Source of the DNA: Pontimonas sp.
Lineage (GTDB): Bacteria > Actinomycetota > Actinomycetes > Actinomycetales > Microbacteriaceae
Direction of reading: 5' to 3'
DNA: 64,000 nt
Assembly (NCBI GenBank): GCA_028096805.1
Contig: JAOHDU010000001.1
Span: 50,405-114,404 of the forward strand
The position numbers and the translations under genes were made by a program. Positions within the stretch are counted from its first letter, which is position 1. Each line of letters begins with the position of its first letter. Below, in pieces: positions 9,478 to 20,319 of this stretch. The notes beneath the pieces are model-generated. The model was not told where the DNA came from, made no database searches, and saw only the letters and a program-made list of their open reading frames with translations.

Positions 9478-10671
9478 ATGAAACCGCAGAGCGTTGTTTT
9501 TGTTGATGGAGCCCGAACACCCTTTGGTCGTGCCGGTGAAAAGGGAATGTATTGGCGAACGCGCGCTGACGACATGGTCGTCGCGGCCATCATCGGTTTG
9601 CTGGAGCGCAATCCCGGTATTTCTCCCGAGGCAATCGAGGAGGTGGCAATCGCCGCCACCACCCAAGAGGGCGACCAGGGGCTAACGCTGGGCCGCACCG
9701 CAGCGATCTTGGCGGGCCTGCCGCAAAGTGTCCCCGGCTATGCCTTGGATCGCATGTGCGCAGGCGCCATGACCGCGGTAACCACTGTCGGCAGCGCCAT
9801 CGGTGTCGGAGCCATGGATATCGGATTGGCTGGTGGTGTGGAACACATGGGCAGACACCCGCTAGGTGCAGACGTCGACCCTAACCCGCGCTTCCTGTCC
9901 GAAAAACTGGTCAGCCCCGACGCCCTCAACATGGGCATCACCGCTGAGCGCCTTCACGACCGCTTCCCGCAGCTGACCAAGGAGCGCGCGGACGCCTTCG
10001 GCATGGCCTCCCAACAAAAAGCAGAAGCGGCCTATCAGGCCGGGCATATTCAGAAAGATCTGATCCCTGTCGCTTTGCGCAGCGATGAGGGTTACGGTCT
10101 CGCTACCGAAGACGAGGGCCGACGCCCAGGAACCACGATGGAAGCTCTTGCCGAACTGAAGACCCCGTTCCGGCCCCACGGCAAAGTCACGGCCGGCAAT
10201 GCCTCACCGCTGACCGATGGTGCCACGGTGGCCGCTCTCGCCTCCGAAGAGATCGCCAACAAGCTGGGGCTTGGCGTGAAAATGCGGATGGTCTCCTTTG
10301 GGTTCGCGGGCGTAGAACCCGAGGTCATGGGTCTTGGGCCCATTCCCTCCACCAAAAAGGCTTTGGACAAGGCCGGGCTGTCCATCGAAGATATCGGGCT
10401 CTTCGAGCTCAACGAAGCCTTCGCCGTCCAGGTACTGAGTTTCCTCGATCACTACGGGATTGCCGATGATGATCCCCGGGTGAACCCCTGGGGCGGGGCA
10501 ATTGCTATCGGTCACCCCCTGGCCGCATCCGGCGTGCGCCTAATGATTCAGCTCGCCCGCCAGTTTGAGGAGCGCCCGGATGTCCGCTACGGCCTCACTG
10601 CAATGTGTGTGGGCCTCGGGCAAGGTGGCTCGGTAATTTGGGAAAACCCCCACTACACAGGAGCCGAGTAA
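9478..10671 (+). CDS. fadA: Acetyl-CoA C-acyltransferase (thiolase)
   Basis: RMCAG, NEAFA, GHPLAASG, MCVGLGQG. Confidence 0.95.
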   Translation: MKPQSVVFVDGARTPFGRAGEKGMYWRTRADDMVVAAIIGLLERNPGISPEAIEEVAIAATTQEGDQGLTLGRTAAILAGLPQSVPGYALDRMCAGAMTAVTTVGSAIGVGAMDIGLAGGVEHMGRHPLGADVDPNPRFLSEKLVSPDALNMGITAERLHDRFPQLTKERADAFGMASQQKAEAAYQAGHIQKDLIPVALRSDEGYGLATEDEGRRPGTTMEALAELKTPFRPHGKVTAGNASPLTDGATVAALASEEIANKLGLGVKMRMVSFGFAGVEPEVMGLGPIPSTKKALDKAGLSIEDIGLFELNEAFAVQVLSFLDHYGIADDDPRVNPWGGAIAIGHPLAASGVRLMIQLARQFEERPDVRYGLTAMCVGLGQGGSVIWENPHYTGAE

Positions 10672-12822
10672 ATGGCCAAAAGCGCAGTTGCCCAGTACGA
10701 CACCCTCGATGTCACATCGCTGCTCGAGCACTCCAGCGATGAGGTAGTTACCCACTCGTATGTGCGGAAAATCGTTTTGCCCAACAACGATGCACCCCTG
10801 GCCCTCATCACTCTCGATAATGGCAAAGACCACACCCGCCCGAACACGCTTGGGCCGCACAGCCTCGTCGAGTTGCGTGACGTCCTGTGGAACCTGCAAA
10901 AAGAGGCACAAACAGGTGAGATCAGCGCGGTAGCGATCACAGGAAACCCTTTCATTTTGGCCGCAGGTGCTGATCTGTCGAAAGTCGGGGACATTCCTGA
11001 CGTCAAGACAGGTCTCACCATGGTGCAGCTCGGCCACCAAACCCTTGGCCTGCTCGGCGAACTGGGCGTTCCTTCTTTCTGTTTCATCAACGGGTTGGCT
11101 CTGGGCGGAGGGTTAGAGATTGCCCTCAATTGCGACTATCGAACGCTCTCCAGCAGCGCCGCCGCGTTAGCGCTGCCGGAGGTGTTCCTCGGGCTTATTC
11201 CTGGCTGGGGTGGGGCTTGGTTGCTGCCCAACCTGATTGGAATCAAGAACGCCTTGACCGTCATGGTCGAAAACCCTTTGAAAACCAACCGGACACTAAA
11301 ACCGGCCCAAGCGCTCGAACTGGGAATCGCGGACGTCATGTTTCCCCCAGCGCGTTTCTTGGAGGATTCACTCTCGTGGGCGGACGGCGTGGTAGCAGGA
11401 ACTACCAAGGTGAAGCGCCCCAACGAACCAGGCGCCATTGAGAGAAGCACGCTTTGGCCTGTCGCCATCAACGTCGCCCGTAAGAGCCTGCGAGAAAAGA
11501 TTGGGACGGTTGCGCTAGCGCCCTATGCCGCCCTCGATTTATTGCTCTCAGCAAAGTCCTCCAGTAAGGCGAAAGGCTTTGCCGATGAGGATGCCGCGCT
11601 CGGGAAGCTCATCGCTGGAGACCAATTCCGTGCCAGCGTGTATTCATTCATGCTCGTCCAGAAACGTCAGAAGAAAACTCCCGGAGCCCCCGACCCCAAG
11701 TTAGCCGGGCGAATCACCAAAGTGGGGGTCGTCGGCGGGGGCCTGATGGCCCGTCAGTTCGCCCTGGAGATTCTTCGCCGACTGGAGGTGCCCGTCGTCA
11801 TCAGCGACATCTCCACAGAGCGTGCTGCCCAAGCCACGGAATGGATGTCAAACGAACTCGTCACACTTCATGGCAAAGGCAGAATCCACACTGACCAACT
11901 TCAGAAGCTTCAGGCGATGATCGCCGGCACGACCGAGATGTCGGATTTTGCTGACTGCGACCTAGTTATTGAGGCAGTATTCGAAGAGCTCTCCGTGAAA
12001 CGTGACGTCTTCACGCAGCTGGAGAAGCATGTGCGGGCAGATGCGGTGCTCGCGTCAAACACGAGCTCCCTGTCGATCGGAGACATTGCTAGCGTCCTTC
12101 AGCACCCCGAACGGATGGTCGGTATCCACTTCTTCAACCCTGTAGCCGTCATGCCGCTGGTCGAGGTTGTTCGCGCCGAAAAATCAAGCGACGCCGCTAT
12201 CGCAACAGCACTCAGCGCGGTGCGGAAACTCCGAAAGACCCCGATCGTGACAGCGGACACGACAGGGTTTGTTGTGAACCGGTTACTCGCGAAGCTCCTC
12301 GGCGAGGCCATGCACGCTATCGAAACGGGCACCCCCTACGAGGTCGTTACGGAGTCCGTGCAGCCACTGGGTCTCCCCATGGGGCCCTTCGAACTTCTGG
12401 AACTAGTGGGTCTTCAGGTGGGCGCCCACGTTTTGGACACGCACCACAACGCCTTCCCCGAACGGTTCTTCGCCAGCGAAGCACTCCACAAGCTGGTCGA
12501 GATCGGGAAAATCTACGACCGGGATTCCAAGAAAAACATCAAAGGAATTTCCCGAGAAGCTGCTGCCTTGATTGGATCGGGCAACGGATTCAGTGTGGAG
12601 GAACTCCGCACACGCGTCCACGAGGGTCTCGCTGACGAGGTGTGGCGAATGCTCGATGAGGGTGTCGTCAACACCGCCGAAGACATTGACGTTGGCATGA
12701 TCTTGGGCGCCGGTTGGCCGTTTCTGATGGGTGGGGTTACCCCCTACCTCGATCGAGCGGGCGCCAGCGAGGCTGTACGCGGAACGACGTTCCACACCCC
12801 TCCCATCAAGGGCGTGAGCTAG
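10672..12822 (+). CDS. fadB: Fatty-acid oxidation complex alpha subunit (enoyl-CoA hydratase / 3-hydroxyacyl-CoA dehydrogenase)
   Basis: GGGLEIAL and LPEVFLG (crotonase). GGGLMA, SNTSSL, HFFNP (HAD). Confidence 0.93.
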   Translation: MAKSAVAQYDTLDVTSLLEHSSDEVVTHSYVRKIVLPNNDAPLALITLDNGKDHTRPNTLGPHSLVELRDVLWNLQKEAQTGEISAVAITGNPFILAAGADLSKVGDIPDVKTGLTMVQLGHQTLGLLGELGVPSFCFINGLALGGGLEIALNCDYRTLSSSAAALALPEVFLGLIPGWGGAWLLPNLIGIKNALTVMVENPLKTNRTLKPAQALELGIADVMFPPARFLEDSLSWADGVVAGTTKVKRPNEPGAIERSTLWPVAINVARKSLREKIGTVALAPYAALDLLLSAKSSSKAKGFADEDAALGKLIAGDQFRASVYSFMLVQKRQKKTPGAPDPKLAGRITKVGVVGGGLMARQFALEILRRLEVPVVISDISTERAAQATEWMSNELVTLHGKGRIHTDQLQKLQAMIAGTTEMSDFADCDLVIEAVFEELSVKRDVFTQLEKHVRADAVLASNTSSLSIGDIASVLQHPERMVGIHFFNPVAVMPLVEVVRAEKSSDAAIATALSAVRKLRKTPIVTADTTGFVVNRLLAKLLGEAMHAIETGTPYEVVTESVQPLGLPMGPFELLELVGLQVGAHVLDTHHNAFPERFFASEALHKLVEIGKIYDRDSKKNIKGISREAAALIGSGNGFSVEELRTRVHEGLADEVWRMLDEGVVNTAEDIDVGMILGAGWPFLMGGVTPYLDRAGASEAVRGTTFHTPPIKGVS

Positions 12823-14780
12823 AGCGACTCCTCGCGCCCCGGGGCGTTGGCACTCTCACCCTCGGGTGTTGACTCATCGGGCAGGGGTCGGGCGAAGGGG
12901 ACCTTCATTCCCAGCACCTGAGCGACCAGGTTGCGCGCGATGGTCTGCGCGGTCAAGCCCGTCTCTTCGAGAATTTCATTACGCGAGGCGTGGTCGAGGA
13001 ACTCATCGGGCAGACCAATCTCGTCGACCGCGGTGTCGACACCCGCTGCTCGCAACTCCTGTCGGATTCGAGTTCCCACTCCCCCCACTCGGACACCATC
13101 TTCAATACTCACCACAATGCGGTGCGCCTCTGCCATCTCGACGATGCTCAATGCGACCGGCACGACCCAGCGGGGGTCCACCACGGTCGCACCAATGCCC
13201 TGGGCGGCAAGGCGCTCACGCACGTCCATCGCAAGGTGAGCCATCGAGCCGACGGCCACGATCAGAACGTCTTTGTGGGCAGCTTCCGCCAACACGTCCA
13301 CTCCGTCGTCGGTTCGCCGAACGGCTTCCAGTTCGGCCGAGACAGAACCCTTAGGGAAGCGAATCACGGTGGGCGCATCAGAGACCGCTACCGCCTCGCG
13401 GAGCTCTTCCCGAAGGCGAACAGCGTCGCGTGGGGCTGCCAAGCGAATGTGGGGCACTACCTGCAAGATGGAGAGATCCCACATCCCGTGGTGGCTGGGA
13501 CCGTCGGGACCCGTGACACCAGCGCGGTCTAAAACAAACGTCACCCCGGCGCGGTGCAGGGCTACATCCATCAGGACTTGATCAAAAGCCCGGTTAATGA
13601 AGGTGGCGTAGACAGCAACGACAGGGTGCATCCCGCCGTACGCGAGGCCCGCGGCACTGGTGACGGCGTGCTGCTCAGCGATCCCCACGTCGATGACACG
13701 TTTGGGGTACGCCTTGGCCATAGCGTGCAGACCGGTGGGAGCGAGCATGGCAGCGGTGATGCCCACCAGGGAAGAGTTTTCGCCCGCGAGAGCAACCATT
13801 TCTTCGGAAAACACACTGGTCCAAGACGGGGAACCGGTGGATTCGAGAGCTTTACCGGTTTCGGGATCAATCTGCCCGACAGCGTGGAACTGATCTGCTT
13901 CGTCGTTCCTTGCGGGTTGGTAACCGCGCCCTTTTTCGGTAATCACGTGGACGATGACCGGCGCGCGGCGCTGTTTGGCCTGCTTCAGCGCGTGTTCAAC
14001 ATCTCCGAGATTGTGGCCGTCAACCGGTCCGAGGTACTTAATGTCGAGGTTCGAATACAGAGCATCGTTTCCCGCAAATCGTGAGAGGAAACCGCGTGTT
14101 CCGCCTCGCAAGCCCCGGAACAGCGCCTTGCCGGGGGCGCCAAACAGGCCGAAGAACGACTCGGCAACCCGCTTGAATACGCGGTAGGAATCACGACCTC
14201 GCACGTTTCCAAGGAACCGGGCCATCCCCCCGATCGTCGGAGCGTAGGAGCGGCCATTGTCGTTGACAACCAGGATGAGGTTTCGGTCGTTGTCATGGGA
14301 AATGTTGTTGAGAGCCTCCCACGTCATACCGCCGGTCAGCGCGCCATCTCCCACCACGGCAACCACATACCGGTCGTGCTCACCCGACATATGGAAGGCG
14401 CGAGAGATTCCCTCGGCCCAGCTCAGCGAGCTCGAGGCGTGAGAGCTCTCCACGATGTCGTGCTCAGATTCGCTCCGCTGCGGATATCCCGCAAGCCCAC
14501 CTTTTTGGCGCAGCTGGCTGAAGTCTTTTCGCCCCGTCAAAAGCTTGTGCACGTACGACTGGTGTCCGGTGTCCCAGATGATGGGGTCGCGGGGTGAGTC
14601 AAACACCCGGTGCAGGGCAACCGTAAGCTCGACCACTCCCAGGTTGGGTCCCAGGTGGCCACCTGTTTTTGCGACGTTGTCCACCAGGAAGGAGCGGATT
14701 TCCTTGGTGAGCTCGACGAGCTGCGCCTCCGACAAACCGCGAAGGTCCTGTGGGGACGTTATCGAATCAAGAATGGACAC
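12819..14780 (-). CDS. dxs: 1-deoxy-D-xylulose-5-phosphate synthase
   Basis: GGHLGPNLG, WDTGHQ, GDGALTGG, GIAEQHA, DRAG. Confidence 0.97.
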   Translation of the reverse strand: MSILDSITSPQDLRGLSEAQLVELTKEIRSFLVDNVAKTGGHLGPNLGVVELTVALHRVFDSPRDPIIWDTGHQSYVHKLLTGRKDFSQLRQKGGLAGYPQRSESEHDIVESSHASSSLSWAEGISRAFHMSGEHDRYVVAVVGDGALTGGMTWEALNNISHDNDRNLILVVNDNGRSYAPTIGGMARFLGNVRGRDSYRVFKRVAESFFGLFGAPGKALFRGLRGGTRGFLSRFAGNDALYSNLDIKYLGPVDGHNLGDVEHALKQAKQRRAPVIVHVITEKGRGYQPARNDEADQFHAVGQIDPETGKALESTGSPSWTSVFSEEMVALAGENSSLVGITAAMLAPTGLHAMAKAYPKRVIDVGIAEQHAVTSAAGLAYGGMHPVVAVYATFINRAFDQVLMDVALHRAGVTFVLDRAGVTGPDGPSHHGMWDLSILQVVPHIRLAAPRDAVRLREELREAVAVSDAPTVIRFPKGSVSAELEAVRRTDDGVDVLAEAAHKDVLIVAVGSMAHLAMDVRERLAAQGIGATVVDPRWVVPVALSIVEMAEAHRIVVSIEDGVRVGGVGTRIRQELRAAGVDTAVDEIGLPDEFLDHASRNEILEETGLTAQTIARNLVAQVLGMKVPFARPLPDESTPEGESANAPGREESL

Positions 14781-14832
14781 AATCCCAGCCTAAACGGGTT
14801 CTTTCCAGCATTCCTGCCAGGACACTGATCTT

Positions 14833-17523
14833 TTAGAGCAACTGCCGCAGGACGTAGGGAAGAATTCCGCCATTACGGTAATAGTCCGCTTCCGCTGGGG
14901 TATCAATCCGCACGCGCGCCTCGAAGCGAACCTCGCTGGCCCCTTCTGCCGAGTGGGCCGTGGGGGTAGCCACCACCGTCAGGGTACGGGGCACATCTCC
15001 CTCGTTGATCGCCTCAATGCCGGCGATCTGAAAGCTCTCCGTTCCGTCAAGCCCCAGCGAGCCAGCAGATTGGCCCTCCGGGAACTGAAGAGGAATAACC
15101 CCCATACCGATGAGGTTTGAGCGGTGGATGCGCTCGAAGCTCTCCGCAATCACGGCCCGCACACCGAGCAAACTGGTGCCTTTGGCCGCCCAGTCTCGCG
15201 ACGATCCCGACCCATACTCTTTGCCGGCCAAAATTACGAGGGGCACTCCAGCTTCGCTGTAGCGTTCGCTGGCGTCGTAAATCGCACTCTGGTCACCGGA
15301 GTCAGTGGTGAAGTCTCGCGTGAAACCACCCTCCACGCCATCCAGCAAAAGGTTCTTCAGGCGAATGTTGGCAAACGTCCCACGAATCATGACCTCGTGG
15401 TTTCCGCGACGCGACCCGTACGAGTTGAAATCCGCGCGCTCGATGCCGTGGTCGCTGAGATAGCGTCCAGCGGGCGAGTCCGCCTTGATGGAGCCTGCCG
15501 GAGAGATGTGATCCGTTGTCACGGAATCCCCCAATAGAGCCAACACTCGAGCATTCGAAATGTCGGTCACCGGTTGTGGCGCGAGGGTCATGCCGTCAAA
15601 GTACGGTGGCTTCCTGACGTAGGTTGACTCCCCATCCCATTCGAACGTGTCGCCCTCGGGTGTGGGAAGCGAGCGCCACCGCTCGTCACCCTCAAAAACG
15701 CTCGCATACTGGGTTTGGAACATCTCGGTGCTGATGGACGAATCAATCGTGGCCTGGACTTCACTTGCCTCTGGCCAGATATCCGCCAAAAATACATCTT
15801 TACCGTCCGAGTCTGTTCCGAGCGGTTGCTTTTCAAAGTCGAAGTCCATGGTTCCCGCCAACGCGTAGGCGATCACCAGCGGCGGGCTAGCCAGGTAATT
15901 CATCTTCACGTCAGGGTTGATACGGCCCTCAAAGTTTCGGTTTCCCGAGAGAACCGCAGTGACGGCAAGATCGTTATCCGAAACGGCCTGCGAGATCTCC
16001 TCGGCGAGCGGGCCCGAGTTACCGATACACGTGGTGCAGCCATAGCCCACCAGAAAGAAACCGAGGGCCTCGAGGTCATCCATCAGACCGGCTTTTTCGT
16101 AATAGTCGGTGACAACTTTCGAACCAGGGGCGAGGGTTGTCTTCACCCAGGGCTTCGACTTCAAACCTTTGTTGCGAGCATTGCGCGCCAATAAGCCAGC
16201 AGCAAGCATGACCGAGGGGTTTGAAGTGTTGGTGCACGAGGTAATCGCCGCGATGGTGACCGCGCCGTTCTTCAGCTCAAAAGAGTTGCCGTCGCTGGAA
16301 ACCGATACTGCATCCCGAGCGGTTTCGGAGGACAGGTAATCGGCGACGTCGCTGTGGAACTTCTCTTTCGCGCCACTAAGTTCAATACGATCCTGGGGTC
16401 GCCGGGGCCCCGCGATACTGGGGACAACGGTCGAGAGGTCAAGCTCCATGTATTCGCTGTAGCGGGGCTCGATGTCCGGGTTGTGCCACAGGCCCTGTTC
16501 CTTGGAGTAGGCCTCGACCAGGGCAATCTGCTCGGCCGAGCGACCCGTCAGGCTGAGGTAGTCCAGGGTGACCTGGTCAATCGGGAACATGGCCGCGGTC
16601 GAGCCGAACTCAGGGCTCATGTTTCCAATCGTCGCCCGGTTCGCCAGCGGCACCTGGGAGACCCCTGCTCCGTAAAATTCGACAAACTTACCGACTACCC
16701 CGTGCTCACGGAGCATCTGGGTGATCGTCAAGACCACATCCGTTGCGGTCACACCCATCGGGATTGCGCCGGTCAGTTTGAAACCCACCACGCGGGGAAT
16801 CAGCATGGAAACGGGCTGGCCGAGCATTGCGGCCTCAGCTTCAATTCCGCCAACGCCCCAACCGAGGATTCCCAAGCCATTCACCATTGTGGTGTGGGAG
16901 TCGGTTCCCACACAGGTGTCGGGGAATGCCTGCGTAACACCATCCAGGTCTTTCGTGTAGGTCACCTTGGCGAGGTTTTCGATGTTTACCTGGTGCACGA
17001 TTCCGGTTCCTGGGGGAACAACTTTGAAGTTCTCAAAGGCTTCCTGTCCCCAGCGAAGGAACTGGTAGCGCTCGCCGTTGCGACCGTACTCGATCTCGAC
17101 ATTCCGCTCGAGCGAGTCCGGGCGCCCAAACAGGTCGGCAATGACGGAGTGGTCAATCACAAGTTCTGCTGGGGAAAGCGGATTCACCTTGCTGGGGTCT
17201 CCACCAAGATCGACGATGGCTTCACGCATTGTTGCGAGGTCGACGATGCATGGCACGCCGGTGAAGTCTTGAAGAACAACTCGGGCCGGGGTGAATTGAA
17301 TCTCCGTCGAAGGCTCGGCGTTCTGGTCCCAATTCCCGAGTGCTTCGATCTGCTCGCGCGTAATATTTGCGCCATCCTCGGTGCGGAGAAGGTTTTCCAG
17401 GAGGACCTTCAGGCTAAACGGAAGGGTCTCGTGGCCGTCCACCGCGTCGGTGCGGAATATCTCGTAGCGTGCGCCCGCCACCTCGAGGTCTGAACGGGAC
17501 TGAAAACTGTTGAGAGACACCAC
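14833..17523 (-). CDS. acnA: Aconitate hydratase A
   Basis: [44 protein letters not shown]. Confidence 0.98.
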   Translation of the reverse strand: MVSLNSFQSRSDLEVAGARYEIFRTDAVDGHETLPFSLKVLLENLLRTEDGANITREQIEALGNWDQNAEPSTEIQFTPARVVLQDFTGVPCIVDLATMREAIVDLGGDPSKVNPLSPAELVIDHSVIADLFGRPDSLERNVEIEYGRNGERYQFLRWGQEAFENFKVVPPGTGIVHQVNIENLAKVTYTKDLDGVTQAFPDTCVGTDSHTTMVNGLGILGWGVGGIEAEAAMLGQPVSMLIPRVVGFKLTGAIPMGVTATDVVLTITQMLREHGVVGKFVEFYGAGVSQVPLANRATIGNMSPEFGSTAAMFPIDQVTLDYLSLTGRSAEQIALVEAYSKEQGLWHNPDIEPRYSEYMELDLSTVVPSIAGPRRPQDRIELSGAKEKFHSDVADYLSSETARDAVSVSSDGNSFELKNGAVTIAAITSCTNTSNPSVMLAAGLLARNARNKGLKSKPWVKTTLAPGSKVVTDYYEKAGLMDDLEALGFFLVGYGCTTCIGNSGPLAEEISQAVSDNDLAVTAVLSGNRNFEGRINPDVKMNYLASPPLVIAYALAGTMDFDFEKQPLGTDSDGKDVFLADIWPEASEVQATIDSSISTEMFQTQYASVFEGDERWRSLPTPEGDTFEWDGESTYVRKPPYFDGMTLAPQPVTDISNARVLALLGDSVTTDHISPAGSIKADSPAGRYLSDHGIERADFNSYGSRRGNHEVMIRGTFANIRLKNLLLDGVEGGFTRDFTTDSGDQSAIYDASERYSEAGVPLVILAGKEYGSGSSRDWAAKGTSLLGVRAVIAESFERIHRSNLIGMGVIPLQFPEGQSAGSLGLDGTESFQIAGIEAINEGDVPRTLTVVATPTAHSAEGASEVRFEARVRIDTPAEADYYRNGGILPYVLRQLL

Positions 17524-17578
17524 AACCGACTCCTTCTACTGGGGATACCCAGATATCTTTACGTCGAGATAAATCTTA

Positions 17579-18277
17579 TCATCTTGACGGCGCCCCAACC
17601 CGCTGGGGAGAGTGCATGAACATCACCCACATAACCCAGAGACCCGCCGCGTACAGCGGCACGCCGAGCACCAGTTTGGCAATTGCGAGAGCACTCACTT
17701 CGCCCGCCAGATACAGCGGAACCTGAATAGCCAGACGCAGGCCAAATATCCCGACCCACATCCAGGTGGCGACATACGCGATTCGCGCCAGACGGGGCTG
17801 CTGGCGCCACCCCGGTTCTCCCTTGAGCAGCCCATATAGCCACCCCGCGAGAGGCCGGCGAATAACCAGAGACGTCAAAATGGCGGCAATCCAGATCGCA
17901 TTTGCTCCAAAACCGAGCAGAAAATTGTCCTCTGCTCGCCCACTGGCAATAGCCACAGTTGCCGAGGCCGTTACCCCGATAAGGCCTGCGATAGCCGGGA
18001 GGACCTGGGTGCGGGTGAGAAGCCGAACCGCAATGAAAACAATGGACAGCACCACGGGGGCGCTGACTGATAAGAAAACATCGGTGGTGAGCGCGTACAC
18101 CGTCAGAAACCCCACACCCGGTGTCACTGATTCAACAACACCACGGGTTTTACCTACGGCGGACCAAATTGCTTCCCCCATCGGAGCTTCCGGGTCGGCA
18201 AAATCCCCTAACCGCGAATCCCGGAGTGCTTTCGTCGCGATGTCCGCAGGCTCAGCGTCACGCGGTTCGGAGGACAC
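17579..18277 (-). CDS. DUF3159 membrane protein
   Basis: Multi-TM protein with RLAIQVPLY. Conserved dut-DUF3710-DUF3159 order. Confidence 0.85.
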   Translation of the reverse strand: MSSEPRDAEPADIATKALRDSRLGDFADPEAPMGEAIWSAVGKTRGVVESVTPGVGFLTVYALTTDVFLSVSAPVVLSIVFIAVRLLTRTQVLPAIAGLIGVTASATVAIASGRAEDNFLLGFGANAIWIAAILTSLVIRRPLAGWLYGLLKGEPGWRQQPRLARIAYVATWMWVGIFGLRLAIQVPLYLAGEVSALAIAKLVLGVPLYAAGLWVMWVMFMHSPQRVGAPSR

Positions 18278-18280
18278 GGG

Positions 18281-18904
18281 CTATTCCGCCGCCCTGTCCG
18301 GAGTCCCCGGCGCAGCGGGAACTTGGAGCGGCAAAAGGTCTCGGGGCGGCAGCGGTGTGTTGCCACGGACAACGACCACGCTGCGGATGATTCGGTGAAT
18401 CGCGACCGCTGCGTCAGCATCCGAGGCCGCTTGACCGCCGATTACTGCACGAAGGAACCAACGAGGCCCATCGATGCCAACAAAGCGGACTTTGCGAGTT
18501 CCGAATTGGCCGTCTGCTTGGACAGGAACTGAGGCGACGAGCTCAGGACCGAACGGCCCGGCTGCTTCGACGGCAGTTCCACCCTGCGCGGCAATTTGCT
18601 GCTGAATTTGTGCTCGAATTGGGTGCCACAAGCCACTGGACCGGGGCGCTGCAAAAGGTTGAAGCTGAACGGTCGAGCCCTGGTACTCCAGCGTCACCGC
18701 TACCGCGCGGTCGTTCGATTTATCGACTTCCATCCGCAGCTGCATGCCACGCTGGGGTTCGACGCGCAGGCTCCCAAGGTCAACAGCGGGCTTGATGGCA
18801 CCCGATTCATGCTCATCGAGGGGCCCCGCTGTGGCTCGATCGCCCGGCGCAGACTTCTCAAATTCCTGCTCACCCTCGCTGGGGACGCTTGCGCTATCGG
18901 TCAC
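18281..18904 (-). CDS. DUF3710 family protein
   Basis: FAAPRSSGLW, GPFGPEL, RFVGIDGPRWFLR. Confidence 0.88.
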   Translation of the reverse strand: MTDSASVPSEGEQEFEKSAPGDRATAGPLDEHESGAIKPAVDLGSLRVEPQRGMQLRMEVDKSNDRAVAVTLEYQGSTVQLQPFAAPRSSGLWHPIRAQIQQQIAAQGGTAVEAAGPFGPELVASVPVQADGQFGTRKVRFVGIDGPRWFLRAVIGGQAASDADAAVAIHRIIRSVVVVRGNTPLPPRDLLPLQVPAAPGTPDRAAE

Positions 18905-18913
18905 GAAACCAGC

Positions 18914-19354
18914 CTACTCGGCGGATACCCCGGTGGAGCCGAACCCACCATCGGACCGCTCGGTTCCCGGCAGCTTTTGTACCTCGTGGAAACGCGCACG
19001 GGACACAGGTTGAATCACCAGTTGAGCAATACGGTCGCCGGCCTCGATAACGAAGGTTTCCTGGGGGTCAAGGTTGATCACGACGACCCGGATTTGTCCG
19101 CGGTAACCCGCATCAATGACTCCCGGCGCATTCACCAGCGATACCCCGTGCTTGACCGCCAAACCACTGCGTGGCATGACGAGACCGACAAATCCATCGG
19201 GGAGGGCCAAAGAAACACCGGTGTCAACCAGGGCGCGCTGGCCCGGCTCCAGCGTGTGAGCAGAGGCTGCGCTCAAATCCGCACCCGCATCCCCTGGTTT
19301 TGCGTAAACCGGGAGTGGCCCCTGAACCAACACATCGACGTGGGAAGCAGACAT
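18914..19354 (-). CDS. dut: dUTP diphosphatase
   Basis: GDAGADL, PRSGLA, GVIDAGYRG, RSDGGFGSTG. Confidence 0.97.
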   Translation of the reverse strand: MSASHVDVLVQGPLPVYAKPGDAGADLSAASAHTLEPGQRALVDTGVSLALPDGFVGLVMPRSGLAVKHGVSLVNAPGVIDAGYRGQIRVVVINLDPQETFVIEAGDRIAQLVIQPVSRARFHEVQKLPGTERSDGGFGSTGVSAE

Positions 19355-19385
19355 GTTCCAAGGCTATACGTGGTGCAATAGTCGG

Positions 19386-19862
19386 GTGGCTACCTATCGT
19401 GAAAAGCTCTCCCCCAGCGCCTGGCTCATGGTGTCCATCGGATTGGTGATACCGGCAACAGCCCTGATTTTTCTTCCGGTGAACCTGCCGCTCGGCATCG
19501 CTGTTGGCGCGGGACTGTGGGCGGGCTCTGTTGGGCTCTTGTGGTGGGCCGCGCCCGCGCTTCGGGTGGAGAACGGGCTGTTCCGAGCCGGACGCGCCAG
19601 CATCGAACTCTCTTTTGTGGGCAAGGCTTCTCCATTCACCAAGGAAGAGGCCCGAGCGCAGCGAGGCGTCGAATTAGATGCACGAGCGTGGCTTGCGCTT
19701 CGACCCTGGGTTGACGCGGTAGTCCGGGTGGAACTGACCGACCCGTCAGACCCAACGCCCTACTGGCTCGTCTCCAGCAAGAAACCTGACGCTCTCGTCG
19801 CAGCCCTCGAGGCGGCGCAGCGCTCTAGCGCGAGCACTCCTGGCAAACAGAGCCCAATTTAG
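19386..19862 (+). CDS. DUF3093 family membrane protein
   Basis: YREKL at the N-terminus, two TM segments, DPxDPTPYWLVSS. Confidence 0.85.
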   Translation: MATYREKLSPSAWLMVSIGLVIPATALIFLPVNLPLGIAVGAGLWAGSVGLLWWAAPALRVENGLFRAGRASIELSFVGKASPFTKEEARAQRGVELDARAWLALRPWVDAVVRVELTDPSDPTPYWLVSSKKPDALVAALEAAQRSSASTPGKQSPI

Positions 19863-20118
19863 TGTTGTGATCGAGCTGTGAGCGGTGTTTCACCAGGAAG
19901 CATTCCACGCAGGTGAATTCGTCCGCTTGAGGCGGCAACACCACAACATCGAGTTCCACGTTCGCAAGGTCTTGGCCGGCTAGTTCGAGGGACCCAAGGT
20001 TGTCTGCATCTTCCGTGTCGACCACTCCCGAGAGTTTGTCCGGAACCCGCTCTTGCAGAGCTTGGATTGACTCGGTGTCCTCTTCGGTCTTCCGTGGGGC
20101 GTCGTAGTCGGTAGCCAT
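19825..20118 (-). CDS. DUF4193 family protein
   Basis: MATDYDAPR, EFTCxxCFLVKHRSQ, C-terminal CxxC. Confidence 0.9.
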   Translation of the reverse strand: MATDYDAPRKTEEDTESIQALQERVPDKLSGVVDTEDADNLGSLELAGQDLANVELDVVVLPPQADEFTCVECFLVKHRSQLDHNTKLGSVCQECSR

Positions 20119-20319
20119 GGTTCTCTTGCTCCCTGTGTCAAAGTGGGCTGGAAAGTCGGGCGACAGTTTGCCGGATTAACCTGCGAAACCGCAAGCCCTC
20201 GGGTGCTATCGGGCTACACAGTAACGCCCAGCACCGACTTAGGGTGGCGCCACACCCGAAATATTGCGAATCTCGGCAAGCATTCGTGGCAAGCTAAGCC
20301 GGGAAGAGAGGTGTGCAGC

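Noticed and set aside
16354-17493. 379-aa ORF antisense to acnA (similar ones at 2842-3801, 36023-36916, 44365-45429, 59283-60137)
   Set aside because: Shadow ORFs produced by codon bias, with no recognisable motifs.
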